A stretch of 64,000 bases of DNA from Vitreimonas sp. (lineage in GTDB: Bacteria > Patescibacteriota > Microgenomatia > UBA1400 > PJMF01): assembly GCA_035627515.1 (NCBI GenBank), contig DASPLQ010000012.1, positions 1,276,309-1,340,308 of the forward strand. Direction: 5' to 3'. A model generated the notes under the pieces. It was not told the origin of the DNA. It saw only the letters and a program-made list of their open reading frames with translations, and searched no databases. The position numbers were made by a program, and so were the translations under genes. Below are positions 18,694-27,732 of the stretch, one piece after another (the stretch's first letter is position 1; every line of letters starts with the position of its first letter).

Positions 18694-18701
18694 AATAAAA
18701 T

Positions 18702-19559
18702 TTAGATATTACTAGTTCCAAATGTCACAGCATAACCTCCCACTCTTACTTCATTATCAATCTCAACGTAAATCTTTCCCGGCTTGTTCATTATATAACC
18801 TTGCTCAATCACAAATGTATTCTTATTAGAAAGGTGGTGATGCACAGCATAGGCACCAAGCGCTCCGCCGGCAACCCCAGTAATGGGATCTTCATTAATA
18901 CCGGCTAAAGGATTGAACTGCCGCGCATGAAAGTCAGAATCATGATCGATAGGATCAGTAGTAAAAGGATAGAAACCCTTGACGCCATGTTGTTTGCAGT
19001 ATTCAGCAATCTCTTTAAGCTGAGGTTGGATAGCAAACAATTGCTCACGTGATTTAATGGGAATCATCAATTTGGGGCTACCCGTGGAAACCGCTTGAGT
19101 AGGATATGCCAAGTCTAGGTCTTCAGATTTTAGTGCCAGTAAAGAAGCCACTTTGTCATTATCATCTATAATTTGAAAGAATTCCGGCTGTGGCTGAGTC
19201 ATTACAATCAACCCATCTTTATAAACAGTGACTGATAACAATCCCGCTTTTGACTCTTGGATAATAGTCACACTGTCCTTACCATCTACATCAATTACAT
19301 TAGCTTCCACCAAAGCATGAAACGTCGCAATCGTAGCATGGCCACACAAATCAACTTCCTGAGTGGGTGTAAAAAAACGGACTTTAAAGTCTGCCTGATC
19401 TGATTTCTGAACAAAGGCTGACTCCGAAAAACCCAACTGAGCAGAAATCTCAAGCATCTGCTCATCTGTCAAACTATTTGCATCTAAAACCACGCCTGCG
19501 GGATTACCCTCAGCTTGATTACGAGTGAAGGCTTTGACAAGTTTTACTGTTAGGGACAT
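18702..19559 (-). CDS. PhzF-family isomerase (DAP-epimerase fold)
   Basis: The N-terminus reads VKAFT...GNPAGVV and the length is 285 aa, typical of the PhzF family. Confidence 0.8.
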   Translation of the reverse strand: MSLTVKLVKAFTRNQAEGNPAGVVLDANSLTDEQMLEISAQLGFSESAFVQKSDQADFKVRFFTPTQEVDLCGHATIATFHALVEANVIDVDGKDSVTIIQESKAGLLSVTVYKDGLIVMTQPQPEFFQIIDDNDKVASLLALKSEDLDLAYPTQAVSTGSPKLMIPIKSREQLFAIQPQLKEIAEYCKQHGVKGFYPFTTDPIDHDSDFHARQFNPLAGINEDPITGVAGGALGAYAVHHHLSNKNTFVIEQGYIMNKPGKIYVEIDNEVRVGGYAVTFGTSNI

Positions 19560-19607
19560 GTTTTTATTATACCGGTTTCAACTCAAAAGAATTGGATTTA
19601 AACTTCT

Positions 19608-20402
19608 TTAGTTAAATCGCGAAATAAGAAACTTAAATATTAAGTAACCTGTAATCATCGATATGATTGTTGATATAAAAGTACCTAAGAATATTCCCAC
19701 AGGTATATACGTCAACCTTACTGAAACTGAATAAACAATAATACTGATAGAAGCTAACATGGCACTTTTTGCCAAGCTTTTACAAAATTCAGCTCCATGA
19801 GACAGATAAGCGATAGTCAAAGTACTTGTAAACATCACCGGGAAGAGAGCCATTACACCTCCTAGCACTGGTCCCCCAACTTTTCCTAAAACAATTGATA
19901 AAACAATAATTAAACCACTCAGTAAACCTCGTGAAGCTACAGCCAAAGCGGAATACGTTAACCTTTTCCCCTCCACGACTTTAACCTCAACAATATATTC
20001 CATGTAAAAAAATGACAGTGAAGTTAAAAGAAAATAACTGAAAAAACTTAAAAAATAGTTGTGAAAGGACCCAGACAATGCAATAAAGGTCAGTATTGCC
20101 CAACTTAGTATTGAAATACACAAAGCTCGTATAAGTCCCAAAGGTAAAGATGCTACAAAAATGGCTAGAAATAAGCTTCCAATGCCGCCAATTAAAGGAA
20201 TAATCGAGGTAGCGGCGATCGCTGCCTGAGGAGATTGCGTCCAACCAATAAAAAATAACCCAAACAAAAGTGTCGAAGGCAAGCCAGTAACAAGGCCACC
20301 TATCTTAGGACCTAGTTTATCTGCTAAATATGTGGCCAGTATTACCCAGGACCCACCAATAAGAAAAGCCAACACTAATTTTATTAGAAAAAGAGTATCC
20401 AT
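19608..20402 (-). CDS. Polytopic membrane protein, unknown family
   Basis: The 264-aa protein has 7-8 hydrophobic helices. Confidence 0.45.
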   Translation of the reverse strand: MDTLFLIKLVLAFLIGGSWVILATYLADKLGPKIGGLVTGLPSTLLFGLFFIGWTQSPQAAIAATSIIPLIGGIGSLFLAIFVASLPLGLIRALCISILSWAILTFIALSGSFHNYFLSFFSYFLLTSLSFFYMEYIVEVKVVEGKRLTYSALAVASRGLLSGLIIVLSIVLGKVGGPVLGGVMALFPVMFTSTLTIAYLSHGAEFCKSLAKSAMLASISIIVYSVSVRLTYIPVGIFLGTFISTIISMITGYLIFKFLISRFN

Positions 20403-20440
20403 TATCTAGATTTTTAGGATGGTGACAGTGCTTTAGCTCT

Positions 20441-20512
20441 GAGCGGGTGAAGGGAGTCGAACCCTCGTCACCAGTTTGGAAAACTGGAGCTCTGACCGTT
20501 GAGCTACACCCG
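20441..20512 (-). tRNA. tRNA-Gly (anticodon TCC)
   Basis: I hand-folded a cloverleaf on the minus strand: acceptor GCGGGTG/CACCCGC, U8, D-stem GCTC/GAGC, anticodon loop TT-TCC-AA and T-loop TTCGACT. Confidence 0.85.
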
Positions 20513-20573
20513 CAAGAGTTGTATTGTACCTAGTTTCATGCGGAAACTCTAGTATCTGTGATTACTTATATAC

Positions 20574-21602
20574 CTACTTCTGCCGCCTGATAAACTCAAG
20601 CGTCGCAAACTCAATTGGTTTAAGGTGGTGAGCTGACCGTGGCTGGGTAGGGTAGTCGTGTAAATATTCTTGGAGAGCAGTGATTAATTTGCCGGCTAGG
20701 TAAGATTCCGGAACTAGGGGATGGACGTAATACTTGCGGCAAGTTGCCGGACGATTACCTAAGCGTTCAGCCACCACTTTAATTGTTTGAACTATATTTC
20801 TTTTCAATTGAGCTTCTTCCTCACATGGCTCACATGCTTGGAATTGTTCCGTGGCCAGCGTCGTGCCACCCCACGTCCGGAAGTCTTTAGCGGTGATGTC
20901 AGCATTCGTTAGAGACTGCAGGTAGTCATTGACGTCACCTGAGTGAATGGCGTGGTGCTGACCATTTTCATCTAGATATTGAAACAATTGATAACCAGGA
21001 ATTTCTTGGCTGGCTTTCACAATTTTCACTAAGCGTGGATTATCAACAGTGATGACGTGATCAACACCACTTTTACCGCGGAAATCGAAGACTATTTCGG
21101 TGGATTTTATCTTGGCATGTTTATCTCGCAGCGTCGTGAGGCCATATGACTTATTTTGTTGGGCATATTCTTCGTTACCAATTCGAATTAATGTCGTTTC
21201 CATCAACGCCACAATTGCGGCAATCACCTTTTGCTTACTCAAGCCCGAATCGCGCAAATGACCAGCTACGGTTTCCCGAATATTGGGTAACTGTTCACCA
21301 AAAAACACCATCTTATCGAATTTGTGTTGTTGTTGATGTTGTGACCACTCAGGATGATAACGATATTGTTTACGGCCTTTGCTATCGTAACCAGTAGCTT
21401 GTAAATGAGTACGCGGATCGGGCGAAATCCAGACATTTTGCCAAGCGGGAGGAATGACTAAGCTTTTGATACGCTCCAAGGAAACAGGGTCTATAATGCG
21501 CTGTTGGGATTCATCTAAATAAATGAAGTGCTGACCCTTTTTTTGCCGTTGGAAACCGGAGGGTCTTTCTGAGAGATACGTAATTGTAAAATTTGACATC
21601 AA
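20574..21602 (-). CDS. Type IB DNA topoisomerase (poxvirus/bacterial TopIB family)
   Basis: DSKGRKQYRY matches the poxvirus DSKGRRQYFY motif, KDFRTWGGT matches KDLRTYG, and the catalytic Tyr context is RKYYVHP (S/RKxxY). At 342 aa it is close to the Deinococcus TopIB size. Confidence 0.85.
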   Translation of the reverse strand: MMSNFTITYLSERPSGFQRQKKGQHFIYLDESQQRIIDPVSLERIKSLVIPPAWQNVWISPDPRTHLQATGYDSKGRKQYRYHPEWSQHQQQHKFDKMVFFGEQLPNIRETVAGHLRDSGLSKQKVIAAIVALMETTLIRIGNEEYAQQNKSYGLTTLRDKHAKIKSTEIVFDFRGKSGVDHVITVDNPRLVKIVKASQEIPGYQLFQYLDENGQHHAIHSGDVNDYLQSLTNADITAKDFRTWGGTTLATEQFQACEPCEEEAQLKRNIVQTIKVVAERLGNRPATCRKYYVHPLVPESYLAGKLITALQEYLHDYPTQPRSAHHLKPIEFATLEFIRRQK

Positions 21603-21619
21603 TACTATCCTCTATAACG

Positions 21620-22567
21620 TTATTTCATAAAAATGGCTCGTAACTGTCGTCGTAACGCACTCGTAAAAGCTTCATCAAATTTATTTTTGGCTATATATTT
21701 TTCTATGCCGGCACGCCGACGCTGAACCCGTGGCTGGTCATCCGAATCTGCTGAGGTCAACGATCTCGACTGGCGAAGCTCGTTTCTAGCCTTATTAAAG
21801 TAATCATAATGCTCGAGCTGGTTCTCAATAATTGGAATATATTTAGTTGCATTAAACACGGAAAAGCCTGGGAATTGCTGATGAAGAAACCTTAAGGTAT
21901 TCAAAGTTACTGCATTAGCATTTCGTTCTTTATTTGATTTTGTGAAAATATTCTGAGCTTTCTCATACTCACTAATGGCCGCATGGCCATTTTCATGTAG
22001 GTTTTTAAAGATAGTTTCCCAGCTCTCTCCCACTTTAACAGAGTTTAATACTTTCCGACCATAGATATCATGCTCCGAACTAATATCAGCAAACGTGAGT
22101 AAGTTTTCTCGGGGTTCTCCCAAACGAAAACGTAGTAAATCTATGCTGTTTTCTTCCAAATCATCAGCAACTAATAAATGTTCTAAATGAAAGGCGAGTG
22201 GTTGCCCATGATAAATTCCTGATGAACCAATTAATCCTGGTTTTACAATTGCCTTCAAATGTGAGCCTAACTCTAAAATAAAAAAAAGCTCTCCTTGTTT
22301 TCTTAATGCTCCCAGACAAGGCAGTGGTTCAACAGTGGTTCTGTCCATCACCGTCAAAGTGTCACTATGTTCAGTCTCTTGATAGCGGGAGATCAATTGA
22401 TATTGTTGATCAAACTCTGTTACCTCACCCTGAACATTACCTAATGATTCAGGTTCAAAACCGAGGGTATTTACTACCTGCTCAAAACTACCCCTCAGCA
22501 ACTCCGGACTAGCCAGTTTAGCTGGGGAAGTCTCAAAAATACTTATTTCTGAAGATGCCGTAAACAT
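21620..22567 (-). CDS. Hypothetical protein, co-oriented between the Y-family polymerase and TopIB
   Basis: The 315-aa protein has no Walker A motif, so it is not RecA/ImuA-like, and I recognise no domain in it. Confidence 0.45.
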   Translation of the reverse strand: MFTASSEISIFETSPAKLASPELLRGSFEQVVNTLGFEPESLGNVQGEVTEFDQQYQLISRYQETEHSDTLTVMDRTTVEPLPCLGALRKQGELFFILELGSHLKAIVKPGLIGSSGIYHGQPLAFHLEHLLVADDLEENSIDLLRFRLGEPRENLLTFADISSEHDIYGRKVLNSVKVGESWETIFKNLHENGHAAISEYEKAQNIFTKSNKERNANAVTLNTLRFLHQQFPGFSVFNATKYIPIIENQLEHYDYFNKARNELRQSRSLTSADSDDQPRVQRRRAGIEKYIAKNKFDEAFTSALRRQLRAIFMK

Positions 22568-22588
22568 ACTAGCCTTAGAGTACCATTT

Positions 22589-23917
22589 TTAGCCGAGCCG
22601 ACTCAATTGATAATCTTTATCTCCCAAGAAACCCGTCACTTCCGGTTTGATGATGCTGTCATAATCTATCAATAAAGCTGAGCGAATCGCAAACAACCCA
22701 TGTTTAAAAATAATTTTATCTAAAGCTGCGGAGAGTTTTTCACGCTGATGCCATTCTGGCCACAGTACTTGCGGCATTTCCCCCCAAGGGTGTAAGCCTG
22801 TGAGACGGACGCTGCACTTCACAATCGGAAACGTGCGCTGCCAGGGTTGGTACAACTGGTAATAAATTAAATCAAACATTTCCTGAGTATGCCGTACAGG
22901 GTGTGGAGTTTTCATTTCTCGCCCCCAGCGTTGGCCATTGTGACCGCGTAGAGAAATTCCTACCCGCCAGCCTGCTAAGTTGAGCTTGCGGACCTTATAA
23001 ATGACTTCATCAATCAAGTTATAGAGAATGCGCTTAATCGTATCTTCATCGTTCCACAATTTGTAACAGGTCAGTGATCGACCCACCATTTGCATATGAG
23101 CCACCCGGCGCGGTTGGTTGAAAAAATGAGGTTCTTCACCCTGACCGATCTTACGCAACTGCACTGACCAAAACGGTCCAAACTCCCGTTCTAGTTCAGT
23201 ATCAGGAATAAAATTAATTTGAAAAGGAGTGGTGACTCCAAATCGCTGTAACCGCTCAGCTAAACGAAACCCTACTCCACACACATCTTCAAAACCCACC
23301 CGAGCTAATAACGCGTCTTTATTATCTGGAGTAACCTCGGTAATGCTGCCTTTTGGTGACACCTCACTGGTCATTTTTGCCAGCAAACGGTTGTGACTGA
23401 TACCGACATTACACGTTACCCATTCACCGAGCGTGTCTTTGATTTTGGCTTGTAACAAGCGCGCAAAATCCCAGGCATCAGGGTATAACGTGCGTGAATA
23501 CGTCAGATTGATAAATGCTTCATCGAGGGAAAAAATGTCAACATCGGGACTTAAAGAATCAAAGAGTTTTTTTAAGCGTGTGGTAGCAGAGAGATAAAGA
23601 TCAAAATTGGCTGGTACAGTCATAAGGTCAGGTGCTAAACGTAAGGCTTCGGTTAAGTAACAACCCGTTTTGACACCAAGTTTTTTAGCTTCCTTAGATG
23701 AAGCAATTACACACGTACGACCTAAATCCTTCACCACTCCAATCGGCTTACCTCTCAGAGCGGGATTTTCTTGTTGCAAGAGCGTGGCAAAGTAAGAGTT
23801 GATATCGACGTGCACCCAACGGGCAGGAGGACCCTGAGCGTCTGGTTCAATAAGGGAAAGTGGCTTTACAAAACTCATCACACTCCTTCCTCTACCCATA
23901 CTTCTTCTAACATCCAA
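22589..23917 (-). CDS. Y-family DNA polymerase (DinB/ImuB-like)
   Basis: WVHVDINSYFA aligns to the DinB VDMDCFFA motif and SLDEAFINLT to SIDEAYLDVT, so the catalytic D and DE residues are retained. A GKPIGVV/ASSKEAKKLGVKTG block is also present. Confidence 0.8.
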   Translation of the reverse strand: MDVRRSMGRGRSVMSFVKPLSLIEPDAQGPPARWVHVDINSYFATLLQQENPALRGKPIGVVKDLGRTCVIASSKEAKKLGVKTGCYLTEALRLAPDLMTVPANFDLYLSATTRLKKLFDSLSPDVDIFSLDEAFINLTYSRTLYPDAWDFARLLQAKIKDTLGEWVTCNVGISHNRLLAKMTSEVSPKGSITEVTPDNKDALLARVGFEDVCGVGFRLAERLQRFGVTTPFQINFIPDTELEREFGPFWSVQLRKIGQGEEPHFFNQPRRVAHMQMVGRSLTCYKLWNDEDTIKRILYNLIDEVIYKVRKLNLAGWRVGISLRGHNGQRWGREMKTPHPVRHTQEMFDLIYYQLYQPWQRTFPIVKCSVRLTGLHPWGEMPQVLWPEWHQREKLSAALDKIIFKHGLFAIRSALLIDYDSIIKPEVTGFLGDKDYQLSRLG

Positions 23918-24132
23918 AACTCCCCATCACGGTGGAACAAAAGTCGATACAGATTTCCTTTGACTAAAACTGAGTAAAGACGGCGCTTAACTCCCCCATC
24001 TTTAATATCAGCAATCGAAGTAATTTTTTCTACTTTCAAGACTCGATCTCGCCATTGGAATTTAACAGGTTTAAAGGTAGAGTGAGAGTAGACCCCAATC
24101 ACGTCAATCTTTTCGTGAATTGTTTGGTACAT
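23878..24132 (-). CDS. Small hypothetical protein leading the polymerase cassette
   Basis: This 84-aa ORF overlaps the polymerase start by 40 nt in the same orientation. Confidence 0.35.
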   Translation of the reverse strand: MYQTIHEKIDVIGVYSHSTFKPVKFQWRDRVLKVEKITSIADIKDGGVKRRLYSVLVKGNLYRLLFHRDGEFWMLEEVWVEEGV

Positions 24133-25368
24133 AGTCCTATGGTAACACGAAGAATCCCCGAATCGTCAACCTGGCAGTTAGTGCTACTTTACTTATCTAA
24201 ACCGCTCATAGTAGGTCTCATTAACTTAGCGTTAGTACTAATAATTGGGGCAGTTCTGCAGCGTCTCCAGGTAGTGACAATGCTCACCGGCGGTCAGCCT
24301 TTACCTGACTTCGATGCCTACTATGAAATAGTCCGCCAAGTATGGCTGGGAAACCATCCCTATCGCATCTCCACAATGCAGACTTTAGGCCCACCCCTAG
24401 TGATTGTGCCCTTTTTGCCATTTGGCTTGATATCTATTGAACTGGGGCGAAGTTTCCTGACTTTACTCAGTTTGGGCTCAGTGGGAGCAACAGGATGGAG
24501 GTTGGCAGGAACATGGACTAAAAACCATCGTTCTCGCCTCACAGGAAGCTTGGTGTTAGTAGTGATACTACTGACTTCATTTCCGGCTCGGTTTACGTTG
24601 AGCATGGGTCAACCCAATTTAATTATCGCGTGGTTGGTGACCTTGTTTTTAACGACGGATAACCAGTTTAAAAGGGGAGCTAGCTTAGCTTTAGCAGCGA
24701 TTATTAAAACGTTTTATGGATTCCCAGCCTTGAGCCTGCTGCGATTTGATGGAAAGAGTTGGGTGAGTTTTTGCTTGGTTTTTGGATCAGTGTTGTTACT
24801 CAGTTTGCCATGGATTAGGCCGCATTATTATCTGGATTTTGCTACTCAGAACTTTGTAAGTCTGGTAACTAGTACTCAACCTGCAGTTGATATGGATTAC
24901 TATAATCAATCACTAAAAAGTACTTTTGGTCGATTTAACGCAATTGATTTTTACCAGCCAGCCATGGTGGGGTTCTTGAGTGTCAGTAGTCTGTATTTAT
25001 TAATGCGCAAAAATTACCCAGCTGCCATTGTCCTGTCGCTGATTTTGTCACCAGTGATTTGGATTCATTATTTTGTGGTCTTATTTCCGGTGATAGTGGG
25101 GTTAGGGGCGATCGTTAAAGAAGGGTATTACCCACTGCGACCAAAACTATTTTTAAGTTTAGTCCTGTTTGTAGCGAGCTACCTGTGGTGGACAGAGTTT
25201 CCCTGGATACACCAGGCCTCAAAAAATATCTTTACTGCTTTATTAGCCAGTCATTATTTGATCAGCGCCGGGTTGGTTTTAGGATTATGCGTGGGAATGG
25301 AGCATACTCTTCCTCACGGTCTCAATTTCCTAGTGACACAAAATGGTACTAAAAAAGACACTCATTAG
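24055..25368 (+). CDS. Polytopic membrane protein, possibly a GT-C-like (DUF2029-type) glycosyltransferase
   Basis: It has about 10 TM helices. The true start is probably an internal Met, because the first roughly 25 codons overlap the opposite-strand ORF. The family assignment is weak. Confidence 0.35.
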   Translation: MEFNRFKGRVRVDPNHVNLFVNCLVHSPMVTRRIPESSTWQLVLLYLSKPLIVGLINLALVLIIGAVLQRLQVVTMLTGGQPLPDFDAYYEIVRQVWLGNHPYRISTMQTLGPPLVIVPFLPFGLISIELGRSFLTLLSLGSVGATGWRLAGTWTKNHRSRLTGSLVLVVILLTSFPARFTLSMGQPNLIIAWLVTLFLTTDNQFKRGASLALAAIIKTFYGFPALSLLRFDGKSWVSFCLVFGSVLLLSLPWIRPHYYLDFATQNFVSLVTSTQPAVDMDYYNQSLKSTFGRFNAIDFYQPAMVGFLSVSSLYLLMRKNYPAAIVLSLILSPVIWIHYFVVLFPVIVGLGAIVKEGYYPLRPKLFLSLVLFVASYLWWTEFPWIHQASKNIFTALLASHYLISAGLVLGLCVGMEHTLPHGLNFLVTQNGTKKDTH

Positions 25369-25392
25369 AGCGGCCTCACTACCAGATTTCCC

Positions 25393-25422
25393 TTTTAACC
25401 TTGTTAAAAAATAGTATATAAT
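25393..25422 (+). promoter_or_regulatory. Putative promoter of the tRNA-Leu/tRNA-Pro pair (TTGTTA-N18-TATAAT)
   Basis: The -10 TATAAT lies at 25417-25422, 13 nt upstream of the tRNA-Leu 5' end. Confidence 0.4.
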
Positions 25423-25434
25423 CCGTGAGTGTTA

Positions 25435-25518
25435 GCCTCGATGGCGGAACTGGTAGACGCGCGAGACTTAAAATCTCGTTCCCGCAAGGGAGTGTGGGTT
25501 CGATTCCCTCTCGAGGCA
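25435..25518 (+). tRNA. tRNA-Leu (anticodon TAA), type II with long variable arm
   Basis: The acceptor stem is GCCTCGA/TCGAGGC, the D-arm reads TGGCGGAACTGGTAGACGCG as in bacterial tRNA-Leu, the anticodon loop is CT-TAA-AA and the T-loop is GGTTCGATTCC. The gene is 84 nt. Confidence 0.9.
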
Positions 25519-25559
25519 CAAGGCTAACTACACTTTAACATCCTAATCATTTTTCCACT

Positions 25560-25634
25560 CGGGGAGTAGCTCAGATGGCTTAGAGCGCGCGCTTTGGGAG
25601 CGTGAGGTCGCAGGTTCGAGCCCTGTCTCCCCGA
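25560..25634 (+). tRNA. tRNA-Pro (anticodon TGG)
   Basis: The acceptor stem is CGGGGAG/CTCCCCG with U8, the anticodon stem CGCGC/GCGTG, the loop TT-TGG-GA and the T-loop TTCGAGC. Confidence 0.88.
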
Positions 25635-25750
25635 CACAGTAGGGTTGTTTTTGAAATTTAAAGAATTCTTCATCGACCTGTAACTTGTTCTCGTCGTCAC
25701 ATGTATCTTGTAAGAATGAATTTTCAGTAAGTGCTTATAATTAATTTTAT

Positions 25751-26176
25751 ATGACACAATTTTTAAATATTATTTTAGGCATATGGTCTGCTATCGCAAC
25801 CATAATATCAATTTGGCAATTACTAGACGCAAGAAAGCATGCCGAAAGAAACAAAGCTCAAGTTAAGATTTGGCTGTATTGGGCACAAGCTTTACAAATA
25901 TCTCTATATAGAATAGTGCAAGATAATCTTGATAAGAGATATTCTTCAACTTCTGATATTGCGAACGCTGTTTGGTCACTTGAAACTATTGCTAATGGTC
26001 TAAGACAATCACTTTTTGATGAAAGAATTTATACAGAAAGTGAATATAAGAAAGAACAAAAGGAAATAATGGAGATGGTAAAGAAAAATAAAGAAGCTGA
26101 ACATAAAGTAAACCTAGAGCCTTTAAAGTTTCATGAAAAAAAATCAGGCGTTAGTCCTCATAAAAGAAAAAAATGA
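25751..26176 (+). CDS. Hypothetical protein with N-terminal TM helix, in an AT-rich islet
   Basis: The 141-aa ORF has a local GC content clearly below the window average. Confidence 0.4.
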   Translation: MTQFLNIILGIWSAIATIISIWQLLDARKHAERNKAQVKIWLYWAQALQISLYRIVQDNLDKRYSSTSDIANAVWSLETIANGLRQSLFDERIYTESEYKKEQKEIMEMVKKNKEAEHKVNLEPLKFHEKKSGVSPHKRKK

Positions 26177-26341
26177 TTTGTAATAAACAGTTTGTATAAT
26201 TAGTAACTAATCATTAATATACAAGCTGAGATACTAGTCATTATTCAGGATGAAAACAATTTGCTTCTTAAGATAGTATCTAACACTTTAATACAAACTA
26301 GCTAACAGCAAGTGAAATAGTGTTAAAATGTCACCCATCCT

Positions 26342-27310
26342 ATGCATAAAGAACAGTTGAGTGTTCCCGAGATCCTGATTCATCCTCATCGGAAGAAAAC
26401 TTTAAATCAACAAATTACTGAAACACTGCAACAAGGCATGCGACGCATTTACTTGGAAGGGGAATTTTGTGCACCTGAGCCGCAATTTAGTTTCTTGAGT
26501 CTTAACTCACCAGACCTTATAGAAATCATCGGCAATGGCCACACAGTAATTAATGGAGAAGGACAAACTGCACACTTAGTCTTTGTGGGGGATCAGACTA
26601 AACTTAAGCTATCCGGAATTCACTTTACTGGAGGAAATACCCAAGACTTAAACACGTTGCAATCATTAACCAATCATCCTCAGCAGCGCTTAAATATCTT
26701 TCGGTACTTGGATGGAGCGGCTATCACCATGGGCATGGGTTCACAATTGAGTCTAGAAAACTGTGTCTTTAGTCAGAACTCATCAGCCATTTGCGGGGGA
26801 GCTATCTCCAACCTTGGAGGGCATTTACACGCTTACAACTGCCGATTTGAGTCCAATACTGCTGGGGACACAGGAGCAGCTATTGATAACTTAGCTGCAG
26901 GTTCTTTGAGCATTATTGATAATTGTCATTTCATTCATAACGAAGCCAACCAACTTGGAGAAGGTAACTCAGGTGCCATTACTGCTTTTCCTGACACATA
27001 TCTCATCGTCAAAGACTGCGACTTCTTTCAAAGTTGCTCACCTGCAGTTGATTATCGACCTAACGCTGCAGGGCGCATTTTCACCTTCGTTCACCGGAGT
27101 ACTACTCTCAATAAAGACCCTCGCTTAGGCGTGATTAAAAATCCGGTTTCCAATGCCAGTGTTAAAAAAGAAATTCTGAGAAGATATCTCCAGCTGTTAA
27201 CTACACACCCAACCTTGGTTAAACTGCAGGCAATTCCCAAAGCTTCGAAAAATCTTGCCGCTCAACACTGGCGAGAGTATCAGCAACTTATCGATGAATT
27301 AACAGTTTAA
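26342..27310 (+). CDS. Right-handed beta-helix protein with Pmp-type (polymorphic membrane protein) repeats
   Basis: GGAI and FxxN repeat units recur (CGGAISNLGG, FESNTAGDTGAAIDN, FIHNEAN, VFSQNSSAICGGAI). No N-terminal signal peptide is evident. Confidence 0.55.
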   Translation: MHKEQLSVPEILIHPHRKKTLNQQITETLQQGMRRIYLEGEFCAPEPQFSFLSLNSPDLIEIIGNGHTVINGEGQTAHLVFVGDQTKLKLSGIHFTGGNTQDLNTLQSLTNHPQQRLNIFRYLDGAAITMGMGSQLSLENCVFSQNSSAICGGAISNLGGHLHAYNCRFESNTAGDTGAAIDNLAAGSLSIIDNCHFIHNEANQLGEGNSGAITAFPDTYLIVKDCDFFQSCSPAVDYRPNAAGRIFTFVHRSTTLNKDPRLGVIKNPVSNASVKKEILRRYLQLLTTHPTLVKLQAIPKASKNLAAQHWREYQQLIDELTV

Positions 27311-27326
27311 ATGCTACAATCTCCCT

Positions 27327-27731
27327 ATGAAATCATCTCTCTATCACCTTCAACTTAATATCGATTTTGCACACTTGAGCTTTTACAAAGAGCTGATGAC
27401 GCTGCTGGGTTGGCAACCGATTTTTGAAAATGAGTACGTAAGTGGTTTTACGAGTGGGGCGAATGGGGATCTGTGGTTTGCCAATGGCGAAAAGAAGGTG
27501 GTCAATGATTATGATAACTTAGGCCTGAATCACATAGGTATTAAAGTAGATAGACTCCATGACGTCGATGAAGTGGTTAGTTTCATCGAGCAGCATAATC
27601 TGACTCCGTTATTTGAAACACCTCGCCACCGCCCTGAATTTAGTGCAGGTGACGACCAAACGTATTATCAAGTGATGTTTAAAACAGCGGATAATATTTT
27701 ATTTGAAGTGGTGTACGTAGGTAAAAAATAA
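27327..27731 (+). CDS. VOC (glyoxalase/bleomycin-resistance fold) family protein, tentative
   Basis: The beta-alpha-beta-beta-beta module pattern is present, with an N-terminal YHLQLNIDF and a central NHIGIKVD. Confidence 0.4.
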   Translation: MKSSLYHLQLNIDFAHLSFYKELMTLLGWQPIFENEYVSGFTSGANGDLWFANGEKKVVNDYDNLGLNHIGIKVDRLHDVDEVVSFIEQHNLTPLFETPRHRPEFSAGDDQTYYQVMFKTADNILFEVVYVGKK

Positions 27732-27732
27732 T

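Noticed and set aside
21620-22567. ImuA-like (RecA-fold) partner of the Y-family polymerase
   Set aside because: The protein has no Walker A/P-loop (GxxxxGK[ST]) and no RecA-like segments. Calling it ImuA would rest on gene order alone.
25620-25660. A rho-independent terminator after tRNA-Pro (CCCTGT...ACAGTAGGG followed by TTGTTTTT)
   Set aside because: The stem is imperfect and partly overlaps the tRNA T-arm and acceptor sequence. The T-run is there but the hairpin is not convincing.
25524-25757. A 77-aa minus-strand ORF spanning tRNA-Pro
   Set aside because: It lies antisense across a well-folded tRNA gene and the AT-rich spacer, so it is an artefact.
25635-27320. A bona fide integrative element or prophage at the tRNA-Pro 3' end
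   Set aside because: I found no integrase gene, no direct repeat of the tRNA 3' end downstream and no phage structural genes. Only the compositional anomaly and an odd beta-helix protein support it, so it is recorded as a finding and not as a mobile-element feature.
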